Assembly (NCBI GenBank): GCA_947631235.1
Contig: CANRKO010000003.1
Span: 5,193 to 69,192 of the forward strand
Source of the DNA: an uncultured Clostridia bacterium
Lineage (GTDB): Bacteria > Bacillota > Clostridia > UBA1381
Reading direction: 5' to 3'
DNA: 64,000 bases
The notes beneath the pieces were generated by a model. That model was not told the origin of the DNA, searched no databases, and worked only from the letters and a program-made list of their open reading frames with translations. The first letter of the stretch is position 1. The number at the start of each line of letters is the position of its first letter. This document shows, in pieces, positions 60,841-64,000 of this stretch. The translations under genes were made by a program, and so were the position numbers.

Positions 60841-61569
60841 TTGGTTCAACTCGATTTCAGCGCCTTCAAGCCCACTACCTTACTCAGCAAGTGGTGGCGC
60901 ATTGTGGCGCAGCATTTTACGCTCCTGCAGGACGCCCACAACGCGCTTGACGACCGTTTGACGGACGAGAGCGCAGCGCGTGAGGCGGACAAGCGGGAAC
61001 TTCTGAACCGTTTGGGGGAGGAAACGGCTCAGAGGGAACAGGCGGACAGCGAACTTGAAGAAAGGCTCATGTCGGAAATTTCGGACGAGGCGCGGCTGCG
61101 CGCCGGCGCGGACGACGCTCTCACGGAGCAGATACGCGCCGCGAAGGCGGACTTTTTAAACCGAATAAACGCCGAGGCGTCGGCGCGTTCGTCCGAGGAC
61201 ACAAGGCTTGACGGCGAAATATCGCTGCTCAAAGCCGCGTCCCACACTCACGCGAACTCCGAGGTTTTGGGGGATATTACCGCGGAGAACGTGTACCGGT
61301 GGAACAGGTCGGCTGACGAGAAGATTGAGAACGAGGAGTTTCTGAATTATCTCGACGGCGTGTGTGCCGACATTTCAAGAAAAATCGGCGAGCTTTACAC
61401 GCTCGGCGGCGCATGCGTGTACGACGGCGGTCTGTACGGAGAAATGTACGAGGGCGCGTCGCTCGACGGCGGAGACGCGGAAGATGCAGAGCGAACCGTA
61501 GTTGATTTCGGCGGTTTCGACGACGCGATACCGACTTCATCGACAATCGACGGCGGAGTGTACGCCTGA
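60841..61569 (+). CDS. Hypothetical coiled-coil protein with phage tail-fibre-like motifs
   Basis: E..AR..AD..L repeats, HTHAN, repeated DGG ending IDGGVYA; TTG (or GTG at 60832) start after AAGGGGTGA; terminator about 61577-61615. Confidence 0.7.
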   Translation: MVQLDFSAFKPTTLLSKWWRIVAQHFTLLQDAHNALDDRLTDESAAREADKRELLNRLGEETAQREQADSELEERLMSEISDEARLRAGADDALTEQIRAAKADFLNRINAEASARSSEDTRLDGEISLLKAASHTHANSEVLGDITAENVYRWNRSADEKIENEEFLNYLDGVCADISRKIGELYTLGGACVYDGGLYGEMYEGASLDGGDAEDAERTVVDFGGFDDAIPTSSTIDGGVYA

Positions 61570-61689
61570 CAGTTGAACGCGAAGGGATACCCATAATATC
61601 CCTTTGCGTTTTTTTGCCGTCATGCTTGATTTTTCCGTTCAAACGTGGTAATATATAATGCGGAAATAAATAAAACGGAGGAATGAGTT

Positions 61690-61899
61690 ATGGAGATAAC
61701 AAAGGATACAACAATAGGCGAAATGCTCGATTATGACGGCGGAATCGCGTATATACTGATGCAGTCGGGTATGCACTGCGTGGGCTGCCCCTCGTCGATA
61801 GGCGAGACGCTGGAGGAAGCGTGCGTTGTTCACGGTCTGGACTGCAACGCCGTTCTTGCGCAGATTACGGAGTACCTCGCGTCAAAAAAGGAGGCGTAA
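61690..61899 (+). CDS. DUF1858 / hybrid-cluster-associated redox-disulfide domain protein
   Basis: ITKDTTIGE, GMHCVGCP, ETLEEAC.VHG. Confidence 0.88.
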   Translation: MEITKDTTIGEMLDYDGGIAYILMQSGMHCVGCPSSIGETLEEACVVHGLDCNAVLAQITEYLASKKEA

Positions 61900-61902
61900 A
61901 TC

Positions 61903-62157
61903 ATGGTTAAGACAATCGCAAAGGTTGAAGGTATGATGTGCGCCCACTGCGAGGCTCACACGAACGAGGCGGTTCGCGCGGCGTTCGACGTTAAGGAAGT
62001 GACCTCGTCCGCGAAAAAGGGCGAGACGGTTATCGTTTCCGAAAACGAGATCGACGGCGCAAAGCTTACCGACGTTATCGCCGAAGCCGGCTACAAGGTT
62101 ACGGGCGTTACGTCCGAGCCGTACAAAAAGGGTCTTTTCAGCAAATTCGGAAAATAA
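61903..62157 (+). CDS. Heavy-metal-associated (CopZ-like) protein
   Basis: VEGMMCAHC, AGY. Confidence 0.85.
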   Translation: MVKTIAKVEGMMCAHCEAHTNEAVRAAFDVKEVTSSAKKGETVIVSENEIDGAKLTDVIAEAGYKVTGVTSEPYKKGLFSKFGK

Positions 62158-62171
62158 AAACCCGATAAGCA

Positions 62172-62209
62172 ATAAAAAATAGCGTATCACATCGTGATAC
62201 GCTATTTTT
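62172..62209. terminator. Bidirectional terminator
   Basis: AAAAATAGCGTATCAC-atc-GTGATACGCTATTTTT. Confidence 0.8.
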
Positions 62210-62219
62210 GTGTGCTGAA

Positions 62220-63254
<1,035 letters not shown>

Positions 63255-63294
63255 TTACCTCTTTCTTTATATAAAATATTTTTTGCTTTGTAAA

Positions 63295-63795
63295 TTACTT
63301 GTCGAGTTTGAGTATATTCGCGCCCCTTTCAAGCGCGGTCATGCCCGTTCTCGAAAGTTCCTCTATGCCGTACGCGTCAACGAGGCCGAGGAAGGCGTTT
63401 ACCTTCCTTTCGTGACCCGTTATCTCGACGGTCAGCGTGTTCGGGCTTATATCGACTATATTCGCTCTGAACACGTTCGTAATCTCGATTACTTCACTTC
63501 TCGTCTTGGGAGTAACCTTGATTTTTACAAGCGCGAGACCGCGCTTTACTATTTCGCTGTCACGGAGTGTTTTTATCTTAATGACCTCCATGATTTTCGA
63601 AAGCTGCTTTGAAACCTGCTCGACCGTGAGCGCGTCGCCGTTTACCTCTATCGTAATTCGTGACACGTGCGGGTCGTTCGTCGTGCCGACCGACAGCGAG
63701 TGAATGTTAAAGCCGCGTCTCGAAAACAGTCCGACAACTCTTGAAAGTACGCCGGGGTTATTCTCGACGAGCACGGATAATGTATATCTTTCCAT
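63295..63795 (-). CDS. ilvN: Acetolactate synthase small subunit
   Basis: LVENNPGVLSRVVGLFSRRGFNI ACT domain. Confidence 0.96.
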   Translation of the reverse strand: MERYTLSVLVENNPGVLSRVVGLFSRRGFNIHSLSVGTTNDPHVSRITIEVNGDALTVEQVSKQLSKIMEVIKIKTLRDSEIVKRGLALVKIKVTPKTRSEVIEITNVFRANIVDISPNTLTVEITGHERKVNAFLGLVDAYGIEELSRTGMTALERGANILKLDK

Positions 63796-63796
63796 G

Positions 63797-64000
63797 TCAG
63801 TTATCCTCCTTTCGGGGGAGCGGAGCCTCGTTAAGCACGTCGCCCGTAGGCTCGAAGGGGTTGACCTCCACGACGAGCAGATACGACTTGTCGTCCGCGA
63901 GCATTTTGTCTATCGCCTTGCCGACCTCGCTGTTTTCCTTGACGGTTGAGGTGTTAAAGCCGTAAGCCTTCGCGAGCATTTCAAAGTCGGGCGTGCCTTC
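63797..64000 (-). CDS. ilvB: Acetolactate synthase large subunit, 3' end only
   Basis: PDFEMLAKAYG TPP-domain C-terminus directly upstream of ilvN. Confidence 0.85.
   Translation of the reverse strand, partial: EGTPDFEMLAKAYGFNTSTVKENSEVGKAIDKMLADDKSYLLVVEVNPFEPTGDVLNEAPLPRKEDN

Overview
Chromosomal window from a spore-forming, moderately GC-rich Clostridia bacterium. spoIIID and an SLH-anchored GH5 suggest an Oscillospirales/Monoglobales-like gut organism (inference). Core content: a partial clpE/clpC-type ATPase, a pur cluster (purE, purM, purN, archaeal-type IMP cyclohydrolase, AICARFT-only purH, purD), malQ, the complete S10-spc-alpha ribosomal supercluster (21143-37265), polA, htrA, icd, a split Znu-type ABC system, araB/araD-like genes, spoIIID and ilvB-ilvN-ilvC. 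Intergenic DNA is densely colonised by several families of short palindromic repeats, and a RAYT-type HUH transposase sits inside the pur cluster. Most interesting items: (1) a 785-aa orphan protein with two Ser-rich hairpin-like segments, followed by a signal-less amidase, behind a sigmaE-like promoter (candidate sporulation-released pore-forming toxin/lysis module); (2) a 55-59-nt two-hairpin mini-element inserted twice at GAGG^G without target duplication inside other repeats; (3) REP units embedded in-frame within the RAYT gene; (4) ERIC-like long hairpins inside the ribosomal operon; (5) several candidate structured RNAs. No rRNA, tRNA or CRISPR array was seen. All assignments come from reading the sequence and recalled motifs; no searches were run.
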